In this document: positions 14,801 to 26,750 of the stretch, piece by piece
Layout: each line of letters begins with the position of its first letter
How positions within the stretch are numbered: the first letter of the stretch is position 1
Assembly (NCBI GenBank): GCA_051530055.1
Contig: CM121341.1
Coordinates: 17,462,784 to 17,526,783, forward strand
DNA length: 64,000 bases
Source: Neoechinorhynchus agilis
Taxonomy: Eukaryota > Animalia > Acanthocephala
Direction: 5' to 3'
The notes under the pieces: model-generated
What the model was told of the DNA's origin: nothing
Databases searched by the model: none
The model's input: only the letters and a program-made list of their open reading frames with translations
Position numbers and translations under genes: made by a program

Positions 14801-16095
14801 GTGTCATGTAAAATAAGCAAATGCACGTCTATATTTTTTTTGATTCTTCGCGAATATAATAGTTTTTAAATTTGGTCCAATCTCCGTGAACGTTTTGACC
14901 AGAACTTGTGAGCAGAACTGACAATTGATGAGATTTTTATAATTTTTATAAATTAAATAATAAAATAGCTCTAGATTTTCTCGGATGTCAGATGAAATAA
15001 GCAAATGCACGTTTATATTTTTCTGTTTTTCTGCTTCTTAACGAAGATAATATTTTATAAATTTGGTCCAATCTCCGTAAACGTTTTGACCAATACTTGT
15101 TAGCAGACCTGACAAAATATGAGACATGTACTATTTTTATTATCGAAATAAGAAAATAGCTCTTAGATTTTCTCTGGTGTCATGTAAAATAAGCGAATGC
15201 ACGTCTATATTTTTTTTGATTCTTCGCGAATATAATATTTTATAAATTTGGTCCAATCTTCTTGAACGTTTCGACCAAAACTTGTGAGCAGAACTGACAA
15301 ATGATGAGAAATGTATTATTTTTATAAATGAAATAAGAAAATAGCTCTAGATTTTCTCTGATGTCAGATAAAATAAGCAAATGCACGTTCATATTTTTTT
15401 GTTTTTCTGCTTCTTCACGAATATAATATTTTATAAATTTAGTCCAATCTCTGAGAAAGTTTTGACCAAAACTTGCTAGTAGAACTGACAAATGATGAGA
15501 CATGTATTATTTTTATAAATGAAATAAGAAAATAGCTCTAGATTTTCTCTGATGTCAGATAAAATAAGCAAATGCTCGTTCATATTTTTTTCTGCTTCTT
15601 GGCGATCCAATCTTCGTGAAAGTTTTGACCAAAACTTGTTAGCAGAACTGACAATTGATGAGACATTTATTATTTTTATTAATGAAATAAGAATATAGCT
15701 CTAGATTTTCTCTGATGTCGGATAAAATAAGCAAATGCACGTTTATATTTTTTTGTTTTTCTGCATATCCGCGAATATAATTTTTTATAAAATTAGTCCA
15801 ATCTCTGAGAAAGTTTTGACCAAAAGTTGTTTGCAGAACTGACAAATGATGAGATATGTATTATTTTTATAAATTAAATAATAAAATAGCTCTAGATTTT
15901 CTCTGATGTCAGATAAAATAAACAAATGCACGTTCATATTTTTTTGTTTTTCTGCTTCTTCACGAATATAATATTTTATAAATTTAGTCCAATCTCTGGG
16001 AATGTTTTTACCAAAACTTGTTAGCAGAACTGACAAATGATGAGACATGTATTATTTTTATTAATGAAATAAGAAAATAGCTATAGATTTTCTCC
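2842..16095. repeat. Tandem satellite array, ~190-bp AT-rich monomer, ~70 copies
   Basis: Recurrent unit aatgcacgttcatatt...gtccaatctctgagaaagttttgaccaaaacttgttagcagaactgacaaatgatgagacatg...gctctagattttctctgatgtcagataaaataagca. Consecutive ORFs at 2900 and 3091 are offset by 191 bp. Confidence 0.98.
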
Positions 16096-16297
16096 GGCAA
16101 CTGATGAGATTTTTTTAGGTTTGTTAATGAAATTCAGATCACGAATGCATATTGGTTTGGAGTTTTTGCCGTTTAAATGTTTGAGAAATGATTTAGTTTT
16201 TATGGATAGTATTTTTTGAAATTCGGTTCGTTAATCTTCCGCGTTTAATTTAAAAAATGAAAAATGTTATACTTTATATTTATTGATGTGACTATAA

Positions 16298-19175
16298 TCA
16301 TGCACTAGGGTTTTTCTTCATCAATTCAATATCGGCTTTTACCATTTCCTCAACTATTTCCTAGTTTCGCGGTTATAATTTTGTTCTACATGATTATTGC
16401 TCTTTACCTTAAAGTTGTATCTTGGTGCCCAATTCAATTTTTTCTTTGCCTTTGATGGGTTTCCGATCAACAAATCCTTTTGTTATGATTTAGTAAAGAC
16501 TTTTTGATCTGATGTTACTTACGACTTCCGTTGGTCTAAAATACTTTTGGTTGACTCGTACTCTCACCTTTTCTGAGCTTGTATCAATTCCAACTTCCTC
16601 AACTCCTTTTCCTTGCCATCTTTTTCAAAAAAATCAAATCTGTTTGCGTTTTTATCGGAAACCTTATCTGTGTGTCAACTATTCTAAATGATTCCTCGAC
16701 AAATTCACGGACACTGTGGCATTCTCCGGTCGCGATGACAATGTCTGTTGGTTCATCCTGCTGAAGCATTAGCCACATCGCCTATGATTTGCGGCCTTAA
16801 TAGAATTAAAACATTAATGTTTATACCTCCACGTAATCTTTTGCGTGTCCCCAATCTCTTTTAGTATCAATGTCTCCCAATTCCATGTACTCCTGGAGAC
16901 CCAAATGGATTTTCGCAACAGATCGCGTGATTTTGCGAGTGACGAAATTCTCGCCTAAAAGCTGTTATTCGAGTTTTTCAAAATTGAACTAACCTCTTCT
17001 TGGGCTTTCGTGATTGAATAGAATTCCATTTACGGCGAACATTCCATAGGCCTCTCTATAGTTCACAACAACCCAAAATGCGTACAATTTGGCACAAGCT
17101 ATACGAGTTGCGGTATAATTTTAGAATCTCCAAAGAACGTACCGTATGGAGAACGTGGATAAAACGGGGTAGTTTCACTTTGAGGGATTTCTTGAACTTT
17201 TCCATACAACTCAGATGTCGATGCTTGATAGAATTTGACCTTTGCAGTAAGACCGCAAATCCGAATTGCGTCCAGTATCCGAAGAGTGCCCACAGCGACG
17301 ACATCCGCAGTGTATTCACTCAAGTCAAAAGAAATCTAAAATTTGATTTCTGTAGATTTTTCTATTAGGGACAGTTCAATGGGCGGACGTTTCCTAGCTA
17401 TATGTTTCGTAAATTTGTTAAAAATTATCGGCCGTCTTAAGGATTTCTCGAATCTTCGATCCAATTAAATGGTATCTTTTTCCAGACACTTAAAGTGTTA
17501 ATTTTTGGGCACTAGTATAAACATAATGGTTAAATGTTTTGCTTACGAATGTTATCAAGCAAAACGATTGAAGGTAAAAAAGTCAAAAATCGAAGTGAAT
17601 TATAGTTTAGATCTTCACCCGGTAAATATTTTTTATTAAAGACGTTTCGAACCTCGTCGTCTTTTTGTAACTAACAAACCGATGATGAACCCGACGAAGT
17701 TCGAAACGTCTTTAATAAAAAATATTTACCGGGTGAAGATCTAAACAATAATTCTTATTATATACCCCGGTATCTCACATATCGACAACAGTAAAAGTAT
17801 ATATGATGTCTTGCATTATTGTCTTCGGGAAAAAGATATTTTCTTTTGATAGTTTTGGAAAACCTTGGGGAAATGTCGGAATTATCCGACGAAATATCGG
17901 AAATAAATTAGTGAATTTAAATCTCCGGGGTATCAAAACTACCAAAGAAAAAAGTATATATTTTAAAGCAGCAATACGTAGTCTTTACTCAAAAAGCTCA
18001 TGGACCATTGGACGTCACATTTACAAAAAAATGATAAGTTTTAAATACTTCTACCGAATGGACGTTAGAGAATATGTGACTTTTCATTCAAATATTTATT
18101 AGCTAAAGATCGTTATTCATGATCAAAACAAAAACCATGTCAGTCATTTCACGAATGTCCAATATTTTCGGTTTTGTTTAAGAAACAAATAAACTAAGCT
18201 TCTGATTTTATCATGGTGAAAAAAGAGTTAAATTTCACACATTGCCAATTGTTCATTCGCAGCCTATATCACCGGATCACACTTTAACTTAATAGACGAA
18301 ATATGCCTTATTTGGTCATGCGTACCAGAAGGGCGACCATAATTTTCAATCCTAGAACCATCAATCTTATCAAGTTAAATTCGAATATTAGGAAATTTTT
18401 AAGTTGATATTTTTTAAAGTACCAAAAAATATCCATTAATTTAGGAATATTCCAAGAGAATTAATCGTTGATAAAATTTTACTTATACTTGATAGGTTCG
18501 AGATTTCAATGTCAAGATAGTGCTAATTAATCGTCTTTATCTCATAATGAGAAATTTGTATTTATCCAAATTAGCACAAAATTTCATTTTTTTATTGGTA
18601 AATGCTATTAAAACGACAAGTTGGACAATGATTACATAAAGTTTATTTGAGAAAAGTTAGTGAAAGAAAAGTGATTAATCCGATTTTTCAATTATATAAA
18701 ATGATTAAAATCTTGACTGTAGAGTTAGTAAATTGACATTCATGACATTTTAACACTTAAAATAGCGTCTTTCCCTTACTTACTTTGACATGACTTTGAG
18801 CTGCAAGATTGTATATCTCGGTAGGTTGTGTTTTGGTTATAATTCTAACCAAAGACGAGCTATCATTTAAATCTCCATAGTGAAGTTGCATTTCTTTTCA
18901 AAAAATTGGAATTCTAACATTAATTACACAACAAAACAACAGTACTTCCTTCTTTATGAACAGTCGGATCGTCATATAAGTGAGAAATTCGACCAGTGTT
19001 GAAAGAACTTGAACGTCTAACTATTCCGTGAACTTCGTATCCTTTTGATAACAGAAATTCCGTAAGATAACTGCCATCCTATTTAACGACGTTTAATCCT
19101 TCCTATCTACGTAGTTCTACGTACTTGACCAGTTATTCCGGTTAACAAAGCAACTTTTCTATTGTCTAAATTCAT
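16298..19175 (-). CDS. GMDS: GDP-mannose 4,6-dehydratase, 10 exons, 355 aa
   Basis: Exons joined by hand at GT..AG: 19175-19125, 19078-18946, 18893-18784, 17335-17143, 17098-16994, 16954-16827, 16781-16663, 16619-16523, 16476-16408, 16360-16298 (1068 nt, open). Motifs: [57 protein letters not shown] (YxxxK), [45 protein letters not shown]-terminus ELMKKNPSA. Confidence 0.96.
17597..17754. repeat. Fold-back inverted repeat inside the long GMDS intron; Penelope-terminal-repeat-like
   Basis: 17605-17652 and 17699-17746 are perfect 48-bp reverse complements, extendable to ~63 bp with 2 mismatches. Confidence 0.9.
17679..17710 (+). ncRNA. Degenerate minimal hammerhead-ribozyme-like motif
   Basis: CCGATGA T GAACC cgacga AGTTC GAAAC GTC followed by TTT, which can pair with the AAA just upstream. 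Core CUGAUGA has U4>C. Confidence 0.45.
17855..17950 (+). repeat. Dispersed ~90-bp repeat, second copy at ~62735-62825
   Basis: aaaccttggggaaatgtcggaattatccgacgaaatatcggaaataaattagtgaatttaaatct versus aaaccttggagaaatgtcggaattatccaacgaaatatcagaaataaattggtgaatttaaatct. Confidence 0.8.
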
Positions 19176-19825
19176 CTGAAAGTTCGATTATAATGCGCGT
19201 GTCGGATTCGCGCTCTCGTTGACTATTAATAGTAAGTCCCTACGGGAATCCTAAGCAAATAAACTGATAAACACGAAGAGATATTGATGTCTGGGATGAA
19301 GAAACGTAGGTAAACATAGATTAATGCGGAAATGCTGGATTCAGTGCTTTATGAACAAATATGAGTTTACAGCGCTGAATGCTGTATCTATCCATGATAA
19401 TAAAGTGGCAAAATTAAAGCATATTTATCCCAATCTTAGAAAGTCCTTTTTTCAGAAGTCGATAAACGTGGTAGTTTTATAAAATGGGGTGAAAAGGCAG
19501 ACAAAACTGAAAGGACTATTCGTTAAAATCTCTAATTATATTATTTTTTGCTTTATAACAAGAGAGAAATTTACAGTCTAAATAGGTAAAAATAATATCT
19601 CTTAAAAGATTCAAAAATACAAGTTTTTGTTAATAAAACTCAAACCTTGGTTAACCGTCATTACCGAGAGAATATTGATTACTCCCGAACGAACTTTGCG
19701 CTTAACAAGCAACGACAAAAAAGAATACAAACGCGTAAATCCATAAGCGGATCAAGCAACATCCCTTGCACAATGAATTTTTTTTGTTCTTTTATACCTA
19801 CTTAAAAACGTTCGTAGTAAATTTA

Positions 19826-21877
19826 TCATAGACAGTCTGGACTATGTAATGAAGAAATGGACGTTTTCCATGGGCCATGACTCGGACCAATCGCGTTTCT
19901 GTCTTTTGTCACATTGGGCGAATGAAACACTGAATCGAGTAGCGTCAAAAGATGCTTAATAGCTTCTTCAAGAGCATTCACTCTGATAGCGCTTCCTTTT
20001 TGCTGAATCACGAGTTTCTTTGCATAAACGTACAAACTTCGTTCCATTGCATTGAACTCAACACAGTTTGCACCTGAGCGAACAACTAATTTCTGGTCGT
20101 TGGACATTTCGTAAATGAGAATCGGTAAGCCAACGTTGGAAGGAAACTGTGGACTTATGCATGCAAAAGCGACAACATACGGATGATTGATCGATCTTAA
20201 ACTAAGTTTCACAAACAGCCATCCTTCGCCATCCTCGACTTTACTTGCGTCAGGAAAAGTATGGACTATTTTAGCAGCTGAGAGAAGACTCATTGTGGAT
20301 CGAAATGTATGTGGATTCGTGCCTGCTTCTCTCAAAATGCGAGCCAATTGAACGCGCTCATCCAAGATATACCTCATTATTCTTAAAGTGCTCACATTTG
20401 AGTTTAACGTTTCGTCACCAGTTTGATGGTAAAGTGAACTGCCTGTAAAGTCGTGCAGATTACCACACAACATTTGAATAAAGTATCTCACGGGTGTCGT
20501 AGTGTCTGATCGAAGAAGAGTGTCCGCTGAACAATTCACTTTAAGGCCGGCGTCAAATGATGCCAATAGAGATTGGCTTATTGGTTCGAGGTCATCGCTA
20601 CAACGAACGCCTTGTACAACCACAAGCCGAGACGCTTCATTGTAAGCTAGTTCAAGCTCAATGTACTCGGATTCGAATGTCGAATCCAATCGGATAACGA
20701 GGCGCTCGTCAACGCATACACAACGGACGAAGCTAAGAGGATTTCCTTCAACGAGGTGAATGTGGTCGATAAATTTGTACAGAATGAACAGTGGACCTGG
20801 TAATTTGGAAGCCTTCCATTGAAGTTCACGGAGATTACGGAGAGGCCACGCTTTGTCGTCTTGGCATTTGCCGGAGTCAATGTAGCTTAAGGAGAAAATT
20901 TTAGGAAAATTTAAACATTTTAGTATAAGTGGCTGATTGCATTTTATAAAAATCGTGTTTAGTTATAGAAAAGAACGCAATCTCGGGAAAAATTATCATT
21001 AATTAGCTAATTGTCTTTTTCAAACCATTTTTAATTATAGAAATTAAAAGCTCACGTTTATAAAATTTATCGTTTAAATCTCAGAGAACAATTTAGTTAA
21101 AGCGCAAATCCGATACTTGAATAGTGAATACAACGGCGCAATTTACTATTCCAGAAAGTGATTTTTCTACCGTTCTACAAAAAATAAAGAGATTTTGTAT
21201 CGACAAAATGAGCATATCAATTTTTTAATTTAAGTTTTTAGAGCCCAATTTACATTGGCTCGTGGACCTACCTCTTGAGCAAGAGCGGCGCAACTATGTT
21301 TAACATTACTGATCAGAGGTGCAAGCCTGCTCATTTGAGCTTCCAGTTCTGCTTCATCTTCAGCCACTTGTGAGATTTCATTTCGTAAAGAATCCACTTG
21401 GTTCTTTAGATTTCGTCTAATCTCGATTTCGGCTAAAATTGAACCTAAATTCAAATCATGATTATTCACTTCCGCATCATAGTTCGCTGGTATAGGATGT
21501 CCATCCAAGCATTGACTAATGTCTCTAAGAACAGCGAGGTTTTTATAGTTCACTTTCTCTAATTGAGCACAAAGCGATTCTACTTTCTTCTTTTGTTGAA
21601 TAGTTTCCATTCTGGACGCATGGCACATCATTTCAGCTATACGTTTTTGATTTCGTAGCTGAACAGTGTGAACCAGAGCCTGTTGCCGTAAAAGCTTCTC
21701 TTCAGCTTCTGGCTATAGTGGAAATAGTAAAAGAGATTCGTTGTTTCTTCAAAAACATACCATCGAATCTTTTTGAAGAAGACGAGTTAATATAGTGCGA
21801 AGATTTTTTGCACTTATACAGAATCGCTCTTTTATATCATCGATTTTACCATTTTCATGAATAGAAATAGTGCTCAT
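19826..21877 (-). CDS. THOC5: THO complex subunit 5 (FMIP)-like protein, at least 3 exons
   Basis: Exon 1 is 21877-21761, then a 48-bp GT..AG intron; exon 2 runs from 21712 to ~21250 (donor uncertain); the last exon is ~20885-19826. QQKKKVESLCAQLEKVNYKNLAVLRDISQCLD recalls THOC5 [43 protein letters not shown] recalls ARHLPPPLYVLF; the C-terminal NAMERSL...LLTLLDSVF also fits. Recognition is from memory, and the exon 2/3 junction is unresolved. Confidence 0.72.
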
Positions 21878-22254
21878 CTTTAACAAAAGAACAGCGCGAT
21901 TCGAATTCAATAACATAAATTCTCGCTCAAATACAACGTCAACGAGAAAAATACATCTTTCATTGGGATATAAACGCTTAAACGATTAAGATTTTAATTT
22001 CAAAAGAAAAAATCAAGGATCCGTGACTTGATTCTTCCAGATTAATTTCTTCCGACCGAAATTAGATTTTTGCGCTTTTTCGTGTAACAATCCAAATTCC
22101 CCAATGTAAATCATTAAACATCAGCCGCGTTTTTAACTGAAAGCTTCGTGTATTTTCTGAAATCGTTGAGGGATATTCATAAGTCTAGCGCAAAATTAAC
22201 TTGCATTGAGAACGTAACATCCGTCTCTTAACGGACAGGAAACAATCCACAACT

Positions 22255-22590
22255 GCATTCATGCAGCCTTTGGCCATCTCAGGGAAATGGTCTTCATGAA
22301 CCACCATTTACCCTTTGGGACTTCTGTATGGTGCAGAATGCTGGACTCCGTACGGATCACCAATCAAATCACTGGAAGCCGTCCACATCGTAAGCATACA
22401 TCACCTGACGAGACAGGATCTCGTTTGATGATATCTTATCCTATACGCTCACATCCAGCATTAAAGCAATGGCTCTTCAAAGACTTCTGAGACTGGAGGT
22501 TCACATCACTTAGATGTCTCGTCAACGTCTACCAAGGATCATCTTCAATGAGGAATTGACAAGAGGTAGTCACCCCCGTGGCGAAGAAAC
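22255..22590 (+). mobile_element. Degenerate RTE-type LINE 3' fragment
   Basis: Broken frames read AAFGHLREMVF, LYGAECWTPY...LEAVH and HIT*MSRQRLPRIIFNEELTRGSHPRG, typical of the post-RT region of RTE elements. Confidence 0.65.
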
Positions 22591-22619
22591 TGAAGACGTG
22601 TAACATACAGCGGGAAAAA

Positions 22620-23070
22620 AATCGAGTTCGAGGAATAACGGTGTAGATTAATAGTTGCGAATGACGGCATCAACGGCGACTAAACCGAACTATCATCCGA
22701 GATCTCCCTACTTTCCGTTCGAGGAAAAGCGACTTATTGATGGTAGAGATTACCGGCATCAAAGACGACTAAAGCAAAATATATTTTTTGATCTCTTCGC
22801 CTTCTGTTAGAAAACAATTAAACAGACGGGTGGAAGAAAGTGCCGACATCAACGGCGACCAAGCCAAAATTTCCTCGTAGATCTCAGTATCCTCCGTCAG
22901 GTGCGAAGCGCAAAAGACTGATGGAATAGAAACCCTTCATCGACAGCGACTAAACCAGAATATCATCCCATATCTGCCTACTTTCCGTTAGAGGAAAAGC
23001 TACACGGACTTACGATGGAGAATACCGGCATCATGACGACCAAAGCTAAATATCATCGCAGATATCCCTA
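22620..23070 (+). repeat. ~90-bp minisatellite, ~5 units (family also at 38460 and 51640)
   Basis: ggcatcaacggcgactaaa...agatctccctactttccgttcgaggaaaagc recurs at 22666, 22755, 22845, ~22936 and 23027. Confidence 0.9.
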
Positions 23071-23071
23071 C

Positions 23072-24271
23072 CACGAGAAATATGTTGTATGTTTACATCC
23101 TCGAGAGTATAAGGACGATTATTTTTTTGCACAAAACATGTCGATATTTAAGGTCGCAACAATTTGCTCCTTTTTCGAGCAAATTTCTATCCCAACTATG
23201 CTTTAAAAATCCTTTATCCCAGTTTAGATGTCACATTCCAGCCACGAGGAGCGAAATTCACAAAATCCGGACAGAGATGAAAAGAGCAATAATCCTGCAA
23301 ACGATAATACAGAAAGCGTCAGTAAAGAGGAGGAAACCAATACGATTCCAGCAATTATTCCGATAAAGTGTAGCTATAGGAAGCGGAAAAATCTATTCGA
23401 TCACAAAGCTCGAAATATGTTCAATCGTCCGTGGTCATAACCTATATGGACTCGTCAGATTATAATAAAATAGCCTTCTTTTCGTATATTTTGACAACAT
23501 TAATTCAGAAGTACTCGTTATTCTTATGTTCTATGTGATTGTTGAATACAAGAAATGAGGTTCAATTAAAATTGAGAACAAAGAAAACACGTCTCCTTCA
23601 AAATAACTCCCGGTGTTTCAATAACAAGATTCTAAACTTCGCATAGACTTTATTGGCAGTATTTTAAGTTTTGATCTTGATTCTCGTTTCCGCATTTCGT
23701 ATTCAACGGAAGGTTATGAAAAATAAGCAACTGAATCTTTTGAAGGAATAAAATATCAAGACGATTTTAAACTCCCATATACGAACGATAATTCAATGAG
23801 CGTAAGAACAGTGAATATATTCAAAAAGATGGAACCCATAATTAGCACGGAGAAAGTCAGGAGGCGAAGGTTTGTCGAAACAAAACCGCAAGCGTCACGA
23901 ATGAGAGAAGTATAGACCAATCTTCATCTGATGCCGGGCAGAAGGAATTTCATACACTAGAACGGATAGGAACGACGGTCGTCGAATTTGAATACGTTCC
24001 TGACTTTATAGCCAATGTGCTCTTATACCTACAATCAGACGACCAACAAGCAGAATACCTCGCTCCAATATCCAAATGGATAGTGTCAAGATTCTTTGAA
24101 GAGATTTAAAATACGGATGGGAAAAAAGGATCAGGGCCCCAAATTCGGTTTAAAACAGTGAAGCGAAGGTGTGATCTACCAACTACAAATGTTATAGCGA
24201 CGTCACCTTTAAGATCCACGATTACCATTTGTACATAATGATGAAATATCCGATCTGCGATAAACTCGAAG
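23072..24271 (+). repeat. ~1.2-kb duplicated block, direct copy of 52325..53522; function unknown
   Basis: Near-identical ORF pairs (23082/52335, 23228/52481). About 15 differences counted by eye over the block. Confidence 0.93.
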
Positions 24272-24544
24272 TTGAAATTTCAACACGTTAACGAAAATCT
24301 GCTTGTTAAGGAAGCAGAATCCAGCCCCCTCCACAATTTTCTTCCCTCATCTCTAAATACTCTTCCCTAGTAAACACCCGGAACCCCAACCTTTTTTATC
24401 CCCCCTCGCTCGTACCACCCTCTACTAAAAATCCTTCCTTCCCCAAGCCCAATCTTTCCTTAACAACCGGAGAACAAGGAAAGACTCCCAATCAGTTATT
24501 CTCCTGTAAAACTCCAAAGACAAATATTCCTCACGAAGGATCGA

Positions 24545-25200
24545 AGATACTTAGGGACGTTTTCAAGTGGAGGATATGATAGCCAAATCGATTTCATTCT
24601 CTACCCAATCAATAAGTGGCGAGAAGTACAGAATGTCAAGACTTCATTGGGCGAAGATTATGCTTTACAACACAGACCGCTCATAGTAGATTTGAAGATC
24701 AGGACGTCGAGTAAGCCTCAAAAAGCGATCCTTATACCAAAGATCAAATATTTCTTTTTTTATTAATGTGAATTAGCACTTTCCGTGGTTAGAGAAATTT
24801 TGTTTTACATCAGAGAAGTGATATAACCACTTAAACTTTTTATAAAATGTTAGGAGGTCGTGCCATGGTAACAGATGTCGAGAGTTGGTGGGACGATACG
24901 AGCGAAATCATAGCCGAGGTAGCCAAGACCGTATTGGGGATGACATCGGGAAAGCCTCCGCATCGAAACAAAGAAACCTGGTGGTGGAACGAGAAAGTCA
25001 AGGACGCTGTGAGCCGTAAGCGTGTTGCAAAAAAGAAGAAGCTTGATTGCAACAACTCATTGAAGAACAAACAGTTATATAGATAAGCGAAGAAGGAAGC
25101 GGCTAGGGAGTGTGCAATTGCACGGAATGATTCCGACCTAAAGTTATATAATCTACTGGATGGAGATATGGGTCGAGAAAGTATATTTAAGCTGGCTACT
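24545..25200 (+). mobile_element. Degenerate RTE-type LINE fragment (APE C-terminus and linker)
   Basis: TFSSGGYDSQIDFIL...QHRPLIVDL, then KETWWWNEKVKDAVSRKR and LYR*AKKEAARECAIAR. Confidence 0.7.
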
Positions 25201-25479
25201 GCCGAGTCCAGCCGATTTCCAGTTTTAAAAAATCACTTCATTTCTGTCGTGCTTTGATTGATTCTTTACGATGGTGATTTGCTTGAGTCAGATTTATGTC
25301 TATAAGAAAGAAGACGAAATGCCTTGTCGAAAGAGTTTTCTAAACTGTAGTCTCGAAAAAGTTCTATATCTATTTGAAGATTGAACTACTCCTGCTTTTC
25401 ATATAGCGTATAAGTTGAAGGAATTTATTAGATCCGATATTTAGGCACAATATCGTGTCTTTATCGGGGTCTAAAAACA

Positions 25480-25792
25480 CACGCAGAGGATGGCCAAATT
25501 CACATTGTATTTAGATTTAGATTGAAGTCCGCATTATTCCCTTCATCTCTTTCAACCTTGCGAATAAACATGGCCTCAATTATAACCCAATCCCATGCGG
25601 ATTACTACATTCGCTGCAAGGAATTTTGCACACCACACTTTTGCTTTCATTTTCATATCGTTTCTTAACCATGGAGCCTAAAGGTTGAGCTTTCTTCGTG
25701 CATATACAATAATCTAAGTCTTTGGACGCAATTGAAGAAACTAACGACTCGTATAGATTCGGTTCTAAGGTAAAATTCGGATTTTGAGACAA
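25480..25792 (-). mobile_element. Penelope-like element fragment (GIY-YIG region)
   Basis: KSVVCKIPCSECSNPHGIGL resembles the PLE VVY.IPC..C...YIG motif, followed by an IEAMFI-like segment. Confidence 0.55.
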
Positions 25793-25849
25793 AATTGGAT
25801 GAAGATTTCATGGAACCTCTTAATCGTCGGTGTGAATATTCCGGTAACG

Positions 25850-26200
25850 AGCAGATCCTGCTGACTCTATGGCACGCTAGCAGCCAGTAATATAAAATTC
25901 GCCGCTGTTAAGCAGGAACAGCAGCAATCGCTGCTTAGGATCGCAAAAGTCCAAACATGGGGACCTAAGTCGAAATAATTATTTTGTTACCTTTGCAGTC
26001 GAGACATCCCGATCGTTTGTTACCGCAGTTTATGACCCGGTCAAGCTATTGCACAAGAGACTGAGACAAATCATTGACGATCCGAGGTCGGCAGCATTCC
26101 TCCTACAAAACATAAGTTTGGCTGTCCAACAAGGGAACACTGCATCCGTCCTTTGTTATAATATAAAACTAACTTCATCATTGGACGGTGTTGTGTGTGT
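25850..26200 (+). mobile_element. CRE-clade retrotransposon 3' fragment (RLE end)
   Basis: Degenerate FVTFAVET and AFLLQNISLAVQQGNTASVL, matching the C-terminus of the other copies in this window. Confidence 0.75.
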
Positions 26201-26552
26201 AAATGAAAAAACTTTTTGTTAAAAAAATCTTCATCATTGAAAGAAACGATAAGTGTTGAGATATTGATACAATTATTTGGTTCACGTAAAATTCCCCAAA
26301 AATATTATGACTTCGCAAATACAAAGAGTTTTGATGTATTTGAATTTAAACAAATACATGATTCAGCAAATTTATTTTTATTTTTCGAAGTTTTGCTAGC
26401 CGGTAACTATTATTCTGTGATTAAGTGTGGCTTTTTTCACGACTGATAATTTTTCCTTGGGCACACAGCCTATCGATTCTGGTTCATGGAAGCGCATAAA
26501 ATCACTTAATACCGTGAACCATAAGGTTATGAGTTTGTACATCCCTTCGAAC

Positions 26553-26750
26553 CTATATTCGCGAAGAAGCAGAATAGCAACAAATAAAAAATTAAAAATG
26601 TGCTTTTGCTTCTTTTATTTTGCATAAGACAAAATTTAGAGCTATTTTCTTATTTCATTGTTAAAAATAATACATGTCTCATCGTTTGTCAGTTCTGCTA
26701 AGAAGTATTGGTCCAAACGTAGACGGAGATCGGACTAAATTTATAAAATA
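26553..26750. repeat. 190-bp satellite monomer, inverted relative to the main array
   Basis: tatattcgcgaagaagcag...ttagagctattttcttatttc...gtcagttctgct...ggactaaatttataaaa. Confidence 0.85.

Noticed and set aside
2900-16048. Dozens of similar 60-109-aa minus-strand ORFs (MSHHLSVLLTSFGQNFLRDW...)
   Set aside because: They are translations of the satellite monomer. The ~190-bp unit is not a stable multiple of 3 and indels are frequent, so this is not a protein family.
2842-16095. Possible CRISPR-like array
   Set aside because: Whole ~190-bp units repeat with no unique spacers, there are no cas genes, and the context is eukaryotic.
17056-17368. Alternative ORFs overlapping GMDS (17056..17319, 17078..17368) and treating 17099..17323 as a stand-alone gene
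   Set aside because: Explained by one exon of the spliced GMDS gene and its shadow frames.
19330-19385. Stem-loop attcagtgct...agcgctgaat between GMDS and THOC5 as a snoRNA/miRNA
   Set aside because: Only a ~10-bp stem, with no convincing C/D or H/ACA boxes.
20647-20880. 77-aa ORF MTPANAKTT...
   Set aside because: Out-of-frame overlap with the last THOC5 exon.
24300-24540. C-rich stretch (G-rich on the minus strand) as a G-quadruplex or Pro/Ser-rich gene
   Set aside because: G-runs are irregular, the open frame has no start or motif, and it adjoins LINE debris.
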